Shown here: positions 1-14,545 of the stretch, piece by piece
How positions within the stretch are numbered: the stretch's first letter is position 1
Layout of the letters: every line of letters starts with the position of its first letter
Assembly (NCBI GenBank): GCA_030141605.1
Contig: JAQGDQ010000162.1
Span: 62,001-126,000, forward strand
Source: Tubiluchus corallicola
Taxonomy: Eukaryota > Animalia > Priapulida
DNA length: 64,000 nucleotides
Reading direction: 5' to 3'
Notes under the pieces: generated by a model
What the model saw: the letters and a program-made list of their open reading frames with translations, nothing else
What the model was told of the DNA's origin: nothing
Database searches by the model: none
Translations under genes and position numbers: made by a program

Positions 1-1
1 A

Positions 2-223
2 GTTGGTAGCGATGAACAGATGAATCCGAACCAAATATCCGAACAGGGTGAGTCTTTCGTGCAGAACACGACCATTACCAATTCGGTGTGTGTGACTGCT
101 GAGACTGACGCAGCTACATTCCAGCAGCTGGTGCAACTACCTGGGTTCATGGAAGCCGTCAAGACCGCACAGGTTGACGCAAATTCTGAAAGCATAATAG
201 CCTTTGAAGTAATTAAACAATAA
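2..223 (+). CDS. Probable terminal coding exon of an unidentified upstream gene (partial, runs off window start)
   Basis: Frame is open from position 2 (VGSDEQMNPNQ...IIAFEVIKQ*), more GC-rich than its flank, and followed by an AT-rich tract with AATAAA at 298-303. No recognisable domain. Confidence 0.45.
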   Translation, partial: VGSDEQMNPNQISEQGESFVQNTTITNSVCVTAETDAATFQQLVQLPGFMEAVKTAQVDANSESIIAFEVIKQ

Positions 224-1461
224 CATTTAGCTTTCATTTTGCTTGTTGATATGAAATAATTATTTTAAAATGTGTTGAAGTTCCTCTACTTTGATACAAT
301 AAAGTGTTTGTTGAAATTGCCATTATGTATTACACAGTTTAATATTTCAATCAGCCCTCGATGCGCAGTAAGTGTGTTGAGCTACAATTTATAGGAATTT
401 GACATAATTACACTGGTTTAAATGTATTAACTCTGGTTTCTCTATATGCCCACCAATTTCATGAAATTATTTGTTTAAGAATTTTTATGTTCATTTGACA
501 CAGTCAATCATATTTGTTAAACTGAACATTATTTGCCTGCAATCATTCTAATTCAGAAAAGTTACTTGATACATAACAGATTAAGAATACATGCTGGCCA
601 GTAAAAATAACAATTCCCATGTCAATTAATTGTAATTATTATTTATTACGTACTCGAAAGCTAGTACATTAGTGCATACAATGTGCATGTAGAGAGCAAC
701 ATACATAATAAAACACATGGGCAAAGGATAGGTCACAATAACGAGATTGCAAACTCATATACATGTATATTAAATTATAATTAAAATGCACATGCATCAC
801 ATTAAACAAACAAGTAGTGTGGAAAAAAGGAGTTGTCAGTAGTTGAAGACATTTATATGTCAGACTTTGGCAAGCAATACTTCTCTCTATATCCAAACTC
901 GATCTTTGACGTCAGACTATCTCAACACTGCTGCCAATATCAGCCACAGATAGACAGATAGCCTTCTTGCGTACATGGTTTAAACATAAGGTTAGTCATA
1001 GAAATAATTTAAAAAATGTACACCCTAATTAAATTGATATCGTCAAGCATATCGGCTTATTCCCCGGCCTCCTTTGTGCAGTAAGCACGATCACAGGAAA
1101 TCGGGACATCCTCAAGAACCACAGCTACGTAGAATTAACGCACCTTACTTTTTACTAGTCAATGACTATAAAACTTTTTGGCGTAAAACAAGTGAAAGTA
1201 CATTGCGTTATTTTTGTGCTGTCTGTTTAGTCAGTTTGGTGAGTATCGCTTTAAGCTGACGTTAAGCGGGGAAAATTTTCGTACATATTGCGCAGTTTTC
1301 TCATTTTGCGTTATTTGTTCTAAGATGTCTGTTTTGCAGTTCGTTGCTATGTTGTCACCACGATTTAAATACTAAGTAAAAACAACACAAAATGTCAAAA
1401 ATTACGTTGTGATAAACTCCCAGACATTCTAATACCAGCAGTTTCTCAGTTGGTGTGACTA

Positions 1462-1581
<120 letters not shown>

Positions 1582-2402
1582 TGCAATGCAAAATTAGGCA
1601 AAAGTTTATGCAAGTTAAACAACTATTAAATTTTGTACTTTAGACTTTAGAATATTTTTTAATAAGTTGTAAAGTTATTTTGAAAAGCAGAATTACACAC
1701 GAATGTTACCTTTTTTGAAAGTATATGTGGCACACAAGTGTTGTACTTCTGAACCATCCACCCCAAGCACACAACTGATTAGATAGTGCTTTTTTCCCTT
1801 ATGAGTTGGATGGCTTCGAGGAGTCGAAAATACATGATGGTTACAAAAAAACATTGTGTTGTGTATTGTTGTTAAAAAGCGATGTCATCACTTTGCAAAT
1901 GGCCAGTTATTAAGCAATAATAATCTTTCTTGTTTGCATCGATACAATGTCATATTTCGTTGCCAAAAAGTATTAAAAATATGAACATGGAAAAGTCATT
2001 CGTTTCTCCTTTTCAATTTGAATAATAAGTAGCTCTACGTTAGTGTCGTAGTTGTGAAGATGATCACCTCGTATGCTCGAGTAACTTATTGCAGGTTGAA
2101 CTGTCGCCCCTGAGCCAGCTATGAGTAGAATAGAAGATGGTCGCAGAGACTCATAGATGCGTTTATGTACATATGCAACCAGTGCATAGTGAGCAAAGAT
2201 TCCTCTTTGTGTTTCAGTAGAAAACGTTGCTGTTGCGGCGTGGTAGATTGTGCAGGTGAAATAAATGAAGAAGATTTTTTATATTGTCATCGTTTTAAAG
2301 TTTTCCAGAGAAATTTTAGGGTAATCCTCAGTGAAGCGGCAGTATCGCGGAGAGGAAAATCAATTTGCTGTACTTGCTAAACAAGTGATTTTTCTTGGAA
2401 CA

Positions 2403-2786
2403 ATGTCCGACGAAGTCAACCCAAAAGCTTACCCGCTTGCTGATCCTGTATTAACAAAGCAAATTCTTGATCTTGTGCAACAAGCTACAAACTATAAGCA
2501 GTTAAAAAAGGGCGCAAATGAAGCAACTAAAACGTTAAACAGAGGTATTGCAGAACTGATCGTAATGGCCGCAGATGCTGAACCTCTGGAAATTCTTCTC
2601 CATTTGCCACTGTTATGCGAAGACAAAAATGTGCCTTATGTATTTGTTAGATCAAAGACTGCACTTGGTAGAGCTTGCGGAGTGTCACGCCCTGTTATTG
2701 CCTGTTCCATTACCATGAACGAGGGATCCCAGCTGAAGCCACAAATACAAACACTGCAGTTAAACATTGAAAAGCTTTTGATCTAA
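2403..2786 (+). CDS. SNU13: Snu13/NHP2-like 1 (15.5K) K-turn-binding protein of U4/U6 and box C/D snoRNPs, 127 aa, intronless CDS
   Basis: [14 protein letters not shown]...[69 protein letters not shown]...IEKLLI is the classic 15.5K sequence. True ATG at 2403; the ORF-track start at 2331 is a GTG. Confidence 0.97.
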   Translation: MSDEVNPKAYPLADPVLTKQILDLVQQATNYKQLKKGANEATKTLNRGIAELIVMAADAEPLEILLHLPLLCEDKNVPYVFVRSKTALGRACGVSRPVIACSITMNEGSQLKPQIQTLQLNIEKLLI

Positions 2787-4581
2787 GAGGAGCACTTTTA
2801 AACAAGACACATTTATTGGTATCATTTTAACATAAGTTTTAAGCATTTGGGGATTTTTTGTTTTCTGAAATGCTGATTTTGTATAGATACTATTAATATG
2901 CTTGGAAAGGGGAAACTAGACAGAGTTGTACGGCATAGTGTGACGGGAACAGCTCATTGGTCATGGTGCATCTTTGACAATTAAAGTTGAGCTGTGTTGC
3001 ATTTCATTAGTGAATGGATGGATATCCATCTTTTTAGTACTTGTTCATTGGCACTTCATTTTGCTATAGTTTCTCCCTTTTCGGGGCAGATGTGAACATA
3101 TATGTGTGCTTTCAAACCAAAACCATCCATAAGTCGGCATAGTTAAAACTACGTTCTGATGCCTCAAATTAGAATACACCAAAAATTTGGTTAAATGTCA
3201 TTTTTATGTTTTTATAAAAACAAATGCTAAATATATTGGACTTTTATAACTTTTATATTTTAGCATCAAATTATCAAGAAAATGTTCCTAAAAGTTACTA
3301 AAAATTTAATTTGGTAACCCTATACTTATTTTTCTATCTAGAAACTGGTACTGTAATTGTAAAAAACTTCAATATGTTCGTGCAAAGTTTGTGTAGAAAC
3401 ACAACAATAAACAATGGCTAACTTTAACAGTGATTTTCTCGAGGTTAAGTTTTCCATTGTGTAGCCTGCACCTCAGCTTCAGTGTGGATTATCTCAGCTT
3501 AGAAAATGATCCTCAAAAAATGGAGATTTAGTTCATGTGAATAACTAGAAAAGCCCAATTGTTGACTTATGGACGATTTTGCCTTGCAATCACACATGTA
3601 AATATCTAATCCAAAGTTATAATTATCAAAATCAAATTCCAGTAACACGTGAAAATAAATGCAAAAGGCTGACTTCGGTTAAATTTGGATATATTAGTGA
3701 TGCACTGGATATGAATTCTGGTATGATTAAAAGTCTGGATCTGATCCTGATTTGGCAAATGATATCTGGTAGATTCGACCAAACATTAGACTGTAACATG
3801 AGCTAATAGAGCTGGAACTGTATAATTCACACTGTTACATTATATCTCCTTGTTTCCTTTTTACAATAGTACAACGATCCTTTTTTTGCTCAGCAATTTA
3901 AACAGTTTTATTATGGAGACAGTAAAGTTTACACAATGTTGGATAGCAGCTCTCCTCCTGGAGATTAAGAATTTATTCTGTTTAGTAAAAATAATTTTTA
4001 CCGTTCAGAAATTAAAAAAGTGTTTAGCAAACTTCAACCTAAAAATTTCTGATTTTCAGTCTACAAAAATTGAATTAATAACAGGTAAAATTTTCTGATT
4101 ACGAACGAATACTTTTCTGGAATTTGTGAGCATACATTTATATTGAGCTTTACTTGCACATAGTTTATAAATGTTTTTAAGACTTAGAAGGTTAGACATG
4201 TTGCAGAAAAACAATAGTATACATATGGCAGTGAAGTCCAAGAATTAGTAAATTAAAGTAATACCGTGCAAAATCCCGATTTAGTAATTTAAATTTAGTA
4301 AACCGTACAGATGACATCAGAATTCGATTTGGGGTTATTCGCCATGATTCTGATCCAGTCAGTAAAAGCAAATCCACTACTAAGATGCATGGTTAAAGAT
4401 AGCACTCTGTTTATGTTTGCAAATATATTTTGCATCATTTTTAGTAATTTTTATGCGTGCCTTAAAATTAACATAACTATTTTACTGTTTTCAGGTTGCC
4501 AAACGAATGTGAAGTATCAGATACCATCTTTATTTGAAGCAAACAACTTTATAGAAAACTTCTTCAGTTTACAGTGAACAC

Positions 4582-5415
4582 ATGCTGCTCAGTTCGCATC
4601 CACAACTTTTTATTAAGATATTGAACTGGAGTCTGGTTATATATACAGCATCACTTACAATTGTGCTTTTATACGTATCATTGTTTCATACTTTGCCATT
4701 CGCTGCCAGTGGTTCCCTGTTTCTAAAGTGCACTGCCTGGCATATATTCTTTTCAGTTATTTGGAACTGGGCTTTTGCCATTTGCAAGACTAGCGAGTAT
4801 AAACCATCTCCGCTTCGTGAGGATTTCTTATTATGTCGAGAAAAATATTGTGATCATTGTCAGCATTGGATACCGAGGCGATGCCATCACTGTTCTTTAT
4901 GCGGAAGGTGCATTCTAAAACGTGACCACCATTGTTTCTTTACGGGTCTTTGCATAGGATTTTACAATCAGAGATACTTCGTTGTATTTTGTTTCTATGT
5001 AGCGCTGGGCACTGGACTTGGATTCGTGTATCTTATGGTTTATTTGAACAACAATTTTAAGGTTTTTTGGTCGGGGGATAACTATCATTACCTGCTACCA
5101 CTAGCGTGCCTTGAGTGGCTGCTAGGTTGGAGTGACATTTCCAGTTTTCATCTGTTTCTGCTGCTTGTGGCGTGGTGGTCGTTTGCAACCGCAGTGACAG
5201 CTGTCTTATACTTCTTGCAACAAATGTATCTGATAGTGAGAGGCCAGACAACTTTCGAATACTCGCGCGACATACACATGTTTAGGTCGTCATGGCGACA
5301 ACATTTGCGATCCGTATTTGGTCCACTGTGGTTTTTGAATTTTGTTTTTCCCATGATGTGCTTCAAGCAAGAAGGAAATGGAGTAGAATGGGAGATGTAT
5401 GTAAAATCCCTTTGA
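4582..5415 (+). CDS. DHHC-type palmitoyltransferase (ZDHHC22/24-like), 277 aa, intronless CDS
   Basis: Cys-rich domain CDHC...PRRCHHCSLCGRCILKRDHHCFFTGLCIGFYNQRYF, four hydrophobic segments and a TTxE motif (GQTTFE). Possible 5' UTR splice acceptor at 4493-4494. Confidence 0.93.
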   Translation: MLLSSHPQLFIKILNWSLVIYTASLTIVLLYVSLFHTLPFAASGSLFLKCTAWHIFFSVIWNWAFAICKTSEYKPSPLREDFLLCREKYCDHCQHWIPRRCHHCSLCGRCILKRDHHCFFTGLCIGFYNQRYFVVFCFYVALGTGLGFVYLMVYLNNNFKVFWSGDNYHYLLPLACLEWLLGWSDISSFHLFLLLVAWWSFATAVTAVLYFLQQMYLIVRGQTTFEYSRDIHMFRSSWRQHLRSVFGPLWFLNFVFPMMCFKQEGNGVEWEMYVKSL

Positions 5416-5871
5416 TATGATGCAAATATTTTTCAGTGGTGGCATTTTTTTGTAAAATAACTATAGTTAGTACATGTATCATTATCGACTAAGTATTTTT
5501 GAATTGTAGTACATGAATTGTGTTTAGTTTAACAGTATATAAGTTCATCTTAGATATTAGAATCATACTACTCTTATCCTGCTTCAAATGTTGTATAGTT
5601 TTTTATTGGCAGTGAAGTTTATCTTGTTAACTATAAAAAACTACTGTGCACCAAAACTTGCACACATGATAAGATTGGTAAAATTGCCAAGTTGATAGAC
5701 AGGTAATCTTAGATATTGAATATTACCAATTTTCATAATTTCTTTGGTTTTATCCATTTTGGTGAGTGGTTTAAATTGTGCATAACCTGTGAGGCTGCAT
5801 GAGTTGTGCAGAGATTTGGAAATGTTGTTGGTATCGTAAACAAACTGACATTGTGCTCATCCTTAAGTTAA

Positions 5872-6406
5872 AGAAGAGGCCTAGCCTTCTGCAAAGTTGG
5901 ACTTATTTCAATGTTCAAGAAAAATGTAGAAGGATTTATTAATAAAAGTGTGATAAGCGCCTCGTGTAATTAGTAAAATCACTTTAAAGTCACGATCATT
6001 TCACGCTTGGGTATTCCCATTTTGAACACCTGGTTTCATTCACCAATGACGCTGTTCACTGGCTGAAGAAAAGCGGTGCACTTCAATTTCTGTCAAAAGT
6101 ACAATTTAGTAGCCAAATTTGTAGCATTTTTGCATGAATATTAGATAAACTGCAGAAGTTCAGAGTAAAAAAGAAAGTGTGGCTAGAGAAAGCCACGATG
6201 CGCTTAGAAAAAGTCACTAAGTCTACCAGTTACATCATAATTTTTAAATGAATGGCAACTACCACTACACCCAAAAATTTCTATACAGCCATAGTATAAA
6301 TTAACTTTGTGCTTCTAGACAGTTTTTTGCAAATTTGTTTAATATATTTTTACGTTTGAGTGATAGTAGCAAAAAAAACAACATGCTAAATGACTTGTCC
6401 TTTTAT
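5872..6406 (-). mobile_element. T2/Kolobok-type MITE copy (degenerate)
   Basis: Reverse-complement similarity to the 15244-15762 element (gtgtgataagcgcctcgtgtaattagt, acatgctaaatgacttgtcc); TTAA at both ends. Confidence 0.75.
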
Positions 6407-6836
6407 TTAAAAATAACAGGTTTTTATCAATTCAATAATACAGACTGTGAATAAGGAAAAAAGCTAAATGCTTTCTTTGTGTGCTCAGCAACCGAAGCTC
6501 TGCTGCGAAGCTTAGTCAGCAAGTGCATAGATGACTACTGGGTTTAATATGAAGCTTCGTCTGCCATACTGCTCACTTAATTTTTAATTCAGTTGGGGAT
6601 GTATACATTTGAATCTGAAATTATGGATTCGAATAAGTCACCACTTCAGCCACATATGTTGTTTATCATTAAAATGTCTAATCATAAAAACACGCAATTT
6701 AGTAGAATTTCTGTACACGATTTTTAACATATTATTTAGTGTTAACTCAGATAGTGCCGTGTTGGCGTTCACAACGTATCTATGACTTACAAGCTTGCCT
6801 GTTTTGGGATTAGTTGTGCCTGGTTGCTGTATGTAA

Positions 6837-8805
<1,969 letters not shown>

Positions 8806-11800
8806 ACCGTGGAAAACAATGTGCGAAGCTGCCTCATATTGGAGGGTAATCGAAATGTGTGAAATTTCAACTAACTGTAATGTAGCTTAATGTTTTCTAT
8901 GTTACCAATTTAGAAATTGTAAAATTAAAAGCACAGTGTAAAATTCAAGCATTGCCAGTTACTATGGGATGCAATTGAAATCTGAGTGCATCTAAAATTG
9001 TGTGTTTTGTCTTTATCCATTTTTGTTGCTTATTTACTTGAGATTCAGTGATGGGTTTAACCAGGTTTTATTACTTTCTGCAGTGTCTATACCTTTTTTT
9101 AAGATGCTTGTAGTGGAAAATTTCTGTGATTCTTTCTGTGATGTTACTTGGCACCCTAGTTTTTGGAGTATAACTGTGACAACACTTGAGACTTTTTTAG
9201 AGTGATAAAATTTATACTAGATTAAAAATTAATTTATTTCTTTTTGAACAATATCTGTGACATTCTAATAATCAATAACACTATGGATTATATTTTTTGT
9301 CTAACTTCTCTGCTGATACACACACGTCTGTCTTTTTAAATAATAACGAGTCTAATTTAGATATTACTGAGCTGTAGATAGACAGTATGGACTTTGGTGG
9401 TATATGTGACTGTATATTATTTGCAGTCATTGGTTTCTTAGTGTATGCAAAACTGTATAAAAGTTCTTGGCAACATTGTTAGGCCTACATTATTGTTAAC
9501 AGTATTCTAGTACCTTGGTTGCTGTGTATACTAACCCTTGTAATATAGTATAATATTGATCGTTTAATGCACTAACGATTTGTTCTCTCTGTTGAAAAAC
9601 TTTAAGACTAAGACCTGTTGATTCATGATACATATAATTATCGACGTCTGATAACAATAACATTGTTCTCCAATGTTACCGTGTGTTGTCTCGATATGCT
9701 ACTGTGCTGCCATCTATATCTAAAGACTCGTACTCTTAAACACATTTATGACTTTGAAGAAAGTGACCCAAAAAGTGTTGCTTAATCTCTAATAATCATG
9801 TAGATACTCTTAATTAAATGTTATAATTATTACATTTTGTAGCGTGGACTGTAATGCGAAAAGGTTAATGGCCGCCATCTAATTTGCTATATTTTGGTAT
9901 TCATATAGCCAGAGTTCTAACCAAAGAAAGAACTCCCAGTGCTATAGCATCGTGTTGAAATTCATTGCAGCAATGTTCACGTTTTGGAGTTAGAAAATTC
10001 TGTTATTGTTTTATGTACAGCATTGCTATTGGAGTCCAAGCAGATGAAGTTCATTAATGTTTGCTATACATGTGTATATAATGTACTTTGGCAGTCGGTC
10101 AACCTTTACTCATCTATCATACGCGTGATTTGGCACAGTAAACTAGTTTGTATTGCACTTGCATTATGGTTCACAGACTGATACATATAATGTTATTGTA
10201 AATAGTAACATACTTTACATAGTGCCAGAATATGTATATTTCATGCTAAGTGGTGGTTTTTTGACAGCTAACATAACTCTAGCATATAAGTACTTTAGTT
10301 GGCAAGTGCAAGACTACCGATATTGTCATCTGTGTTTAATATAGCCGATCTTTTTGAAGAACATTTAACTGTGCTGACTGTAAGAAAAGTTCTGCTTATC
10401 GCTTATAGCAATACAGCAATTTACATTTTGCTTTAGAAGCGGTGACTGTCAGTGTGTTCTTTTTTATGAGTGCTCCCCGATATGCAAGGGGCAAAGGCTG
10501 TGAAAAGCTGTGCTTATTAAGGACTGTTGGTAGAAATTCAACTAATTTAAAAATTTCAATCAGTGTATCTACCTAACTTGTAGATGATGATAAATAAAAT
10601 ACCTGTGACATTAATTTATCACCAATTATAAAGTACATGTTTTATTTTTGCCTTTTCTTGGTGATTAAGTGTGAAATAAATGTTTTGCTGCAACTCTTTC
10701 ACACTCTTCCTAGACGCCTTGTGCAATAACTAGGATTTATATAAAATGCATAAAGTGACTTTGGCAATGTGAAAATAAACGTTGACTTGAATTTTTCCTA
10801 GCTATTTTGTACATTACCTAGGCACAGTACCATTGTATGGAACACATAAAACAACTTAGCTAATGTACTAAACTAAGCAAGCAATTCAAGTAATTTATTG
10901 AGAATTGTTTTATTGGCAGTGGGTGCGACGTGCTCATTTCTGACATGCTGCTGAATCAGGTGGATCATTTTCATTAAATTCCTCTTTCACTGAAGTTATT
11001 ATGAACAATTTTTTCATCAATTCCATCAGTCCTATAACGTGCCTAGGAAAAGTGTATATAAAAATACTCACTTTCACACTTTGTCTGTAACATATACAAA
11101 AATTAAACTTAATATGTAGCTGGATGACATATAAAAAAGTAACACTGACGAACAATGTTTAGTTTAGGTTTATTGATGGATATAATCACATACAGCTGTG
11201 TGTTGCATAAAACTTACACCATCTTATAAAATTTACGTTTATTATACGATCTGCATATTAGCATAACTTACAGAATATATAATATTTATATATATATGTA
11301 TCTATAATGTAGTTAAAATCGCTGAACAAAAACAATGGCAGTTAACACATAAAATATAGTACAATAATTATTATTTTATACCAAACCTAGAAATAATTAT
11401 ACAAAATCTTGTCCTGTATTTAAGAGCAATTGTTGCCAAATGCGAATACATCACAGTTAAACTTCACAAAGGAATGATTTCAAATCTAAACTCTGAATTA
11501 GAGAATGGAAACCTCGAATGCAAGGGCAGCATATACCTGTATGAAAATATGCTCAATGCTCACCGAGCATTCCGATCTAATGCTCTACTCTGAATTGGAG
11601 ATGACAAATGAAATGTCAACATGTACATGTATGTAAATGTGTTCAATGCTCACTAAGCATTCCGGTTTAATGTTTAATTTGAGAGCAAAACGCAAATACA
11701 AGGTCAGCACATGCCAAACTAATGTCTTCTTCACAAAAAAGAAATATTTAGTTAAGAGTTTAGAGCAAATTACACAAAATTTATGCAATACAGGCAAAGA

Positions 11801-14545
11801 ACAGGTAAAATATACACCTGAATGACCATGAAGTCTTGATTTAACCCATCTTATCAAACTGTCTTGGTAAGAATGAGTCAATCAAGCAAGAGGACAGAGC
11901 AGACAGCCCTCAGATGTTATATGAACGCTACAAAAGCTCTGGGTACATAAAAAGCCCCTCCACTATATTCAATAAACAAACGGAAATTTTGACTATGCAA
12001 TTAAGCAAACATTTCTATATAATAAATCAACACTTCTGAGCAAAAAGGTTGTCCAAGGCACTCTACTCAAGCTGCTATCACTGTCAAATAAGCAGACTGA
12101 AACACACAAAAAAGAGAATCAAAGTGCCACACGACCGGAATTTCAAGGGACAACAAAGGTTACTTGGTTGCAGACTGGGATGGCAAGACGTTACTTGGTT
12201 GCAGACTAGCAAACTAGTGATGCTTTAGCAGTCAGCGCAAACATTTTAAATTACTAATAGTTTTATTTTCCAGTTATGTAAGTTTTTTAAACAGGTAAGT
12301 ATCAGGTATAATGCTAATTGGTGCAACTTGGAATGTTTTTAGGGCATAATTTATCTTTCTCCTTTAAAACGTATAATGTACACACACTAAAAAGTGGCGG
12401 TGAAAGTTTTTTATGTGACGGGAAGAATTTCAATGCCAAAAATCCAGATATTGTAACAAAATTATACTATTAGAGATTTAACAGTTACAATCACAGTTGG
12501 ATTTTTAGTAAGGTGTAGATTTTACATAGATTAATAAATTAAAAGCTTTAATAGACTTGGATTCCATAACTACGAATGTAACCATTGACATGATTCACAG
12601 GAGAGTTCAGCTTTAAAAGCTGGGTAATATTTCAACTTTTCTTTGTTAAATTAAATTCAGCAATTCAAGAAGCAATCAGATACTTTGAAGCTCACTTCGG
12701 ACTCCTTCTTCGGTGTTTTAACAGGCTTTTGAAACAGATCAATCTGCTTTTCATATTTAAATTAATAACTCATTGACGTAACATCATGAAATTAACAGCT
12801 TTGCTGCATCGTATCATTTCATAATTGAAAAGTGAGACTTTAACCATTAAAAGAGTAACCTGATCAGGTTAAAAATTCTTGTTCACGCATCATGCTACCT
12901 TTTATACTTTATCCACTTTTATTAGAATCACTCTAGAAGACACTTACTAACAATGACAACTTAATCAGCACATTTAACAAGTGCATCTGAATTCACATTA
13001 CTCTGCATAATTTAAATTTGACACAAATTATAAACAGACATTCACAAACGTATCAGCACAGCAACTACAAAAGGCTTACAATCGCTCATTTCATTCGTGC
13101 TTTTACGTGCTGCACACTTTCAAAAATGACAATCTTGTCACGATCCTGTTCAACTGTGTTTTCACACAATCCTTTTATTAAACTTACTTACTCAAGGCAA
13201 CCGCACAAAAGACGAAAACAACAACTGATGATACAAAAGGTTGCACTTTAACAACACATCAGAAAAAAAACACTCACATTGCCAAATCTACAACAAACTT
13301 TTCCAATCACAAAACCTAAGTCTTCATATTCGTAAAACACACTGTGTAGATCACTTCAGCACTAAAACCCTTCGAGTGTTAGTAACGCACAAACATATCT
13401 ACAAAATCTTGTCACTCTTAAAATAACACAATATTCTTCGTGTTTAGCACTAAAACATTCAAGTGTTAGCAAACACCTGTATAAAAATATCTAAAAAATT
13501 AAGATAACTGCAGGCCATAACTATGATTAACAAAATCTATGCCAAACTGTCTCGTACAAAACATATATCGTGTTAATGTCTAAAATCCTTAAGGCTGTTC
13601 CGCAATCACTTGAAGATTACAGTAGTCACAAAATACAATCTAAAAAAGCATTTAGCATGAAAAGGGGTTTTGACATAGAACACATCACAAACACCAAGTG
13701 TAAAACTAACGACAGTTGGAATTTATTAGCTAGCCTATCAATATCTTCAAACGGACGGAAAAAATAGTCAACTTGTACATTATTTGACATCATTAGCAAG
13801 CCAGCAATCAGCGAAAAAAGTTGGTGAAATCTTAGGTGAGTATACCATAACTTCTAAAATAAAAACAAAATAAAAAAATGCGCGATATTTCTTTGCATCA
13901 TTTACAAATACCGATTTTGAAGAGTTATTTCCATTTTTGGAAATAACTACAACAAGGGTCACTCTTGTACATGCACATAAATGGATTTTCCAATCAAAGT
14001 CAAACAGTTAAAATGTTAGCATTAAATTCAATCAACTGTAATTTCACTATGAATTTTTATGTATTTCCATATAACTTCATCTGTCAATATCACAATTTTA
14101 GGACAAAATATCTCAACGGAAACGGAAACAACAAACTAAAAATGTATTACTCAAACTCAGATAGGCAATTCATGTATTTTCTAAGGTAAAATTTTATAGG
14201 ACATTTACTAGAAATCTTTACAACAAAATGAATTTTTGTGCATAATGTTGTTTGGAATGTAAAAAAGTGGTAAATGCAGAGAGCATGGATTTCATTTGTT
14301 CATAATGTCAAGTTCAGATTTCAGTATTTAACAATCTCTTACATATATGGTTCAAGTTAAACAACAGATCACAATATTTTGAATATCACATACATGTTAA
14401 CAGGGAATGAACGGTGGGATAACGGAATGATGTCATAATGATAATAAACTCAGTCGAAATACAGCCACTGATATTAGCTCTGATATTAAGTAAATAGCTG
14501 CTGATACGGTGCTGCTACCTGGTGTCAGTGTCATGTTCTAATACC

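Noticed and set aside
2165-2380. Cys-rich 71-aa ORF upstream of SNU13
   Set aside because: No recognisable domain or coding signature; at most a uORF, which cannot be supported without transcript data.
2331-2402. N-terminal extension of SNU13 in the ORF track
   Set aside because: It starts at GTG; the conserved protein begins at ATG 2403.
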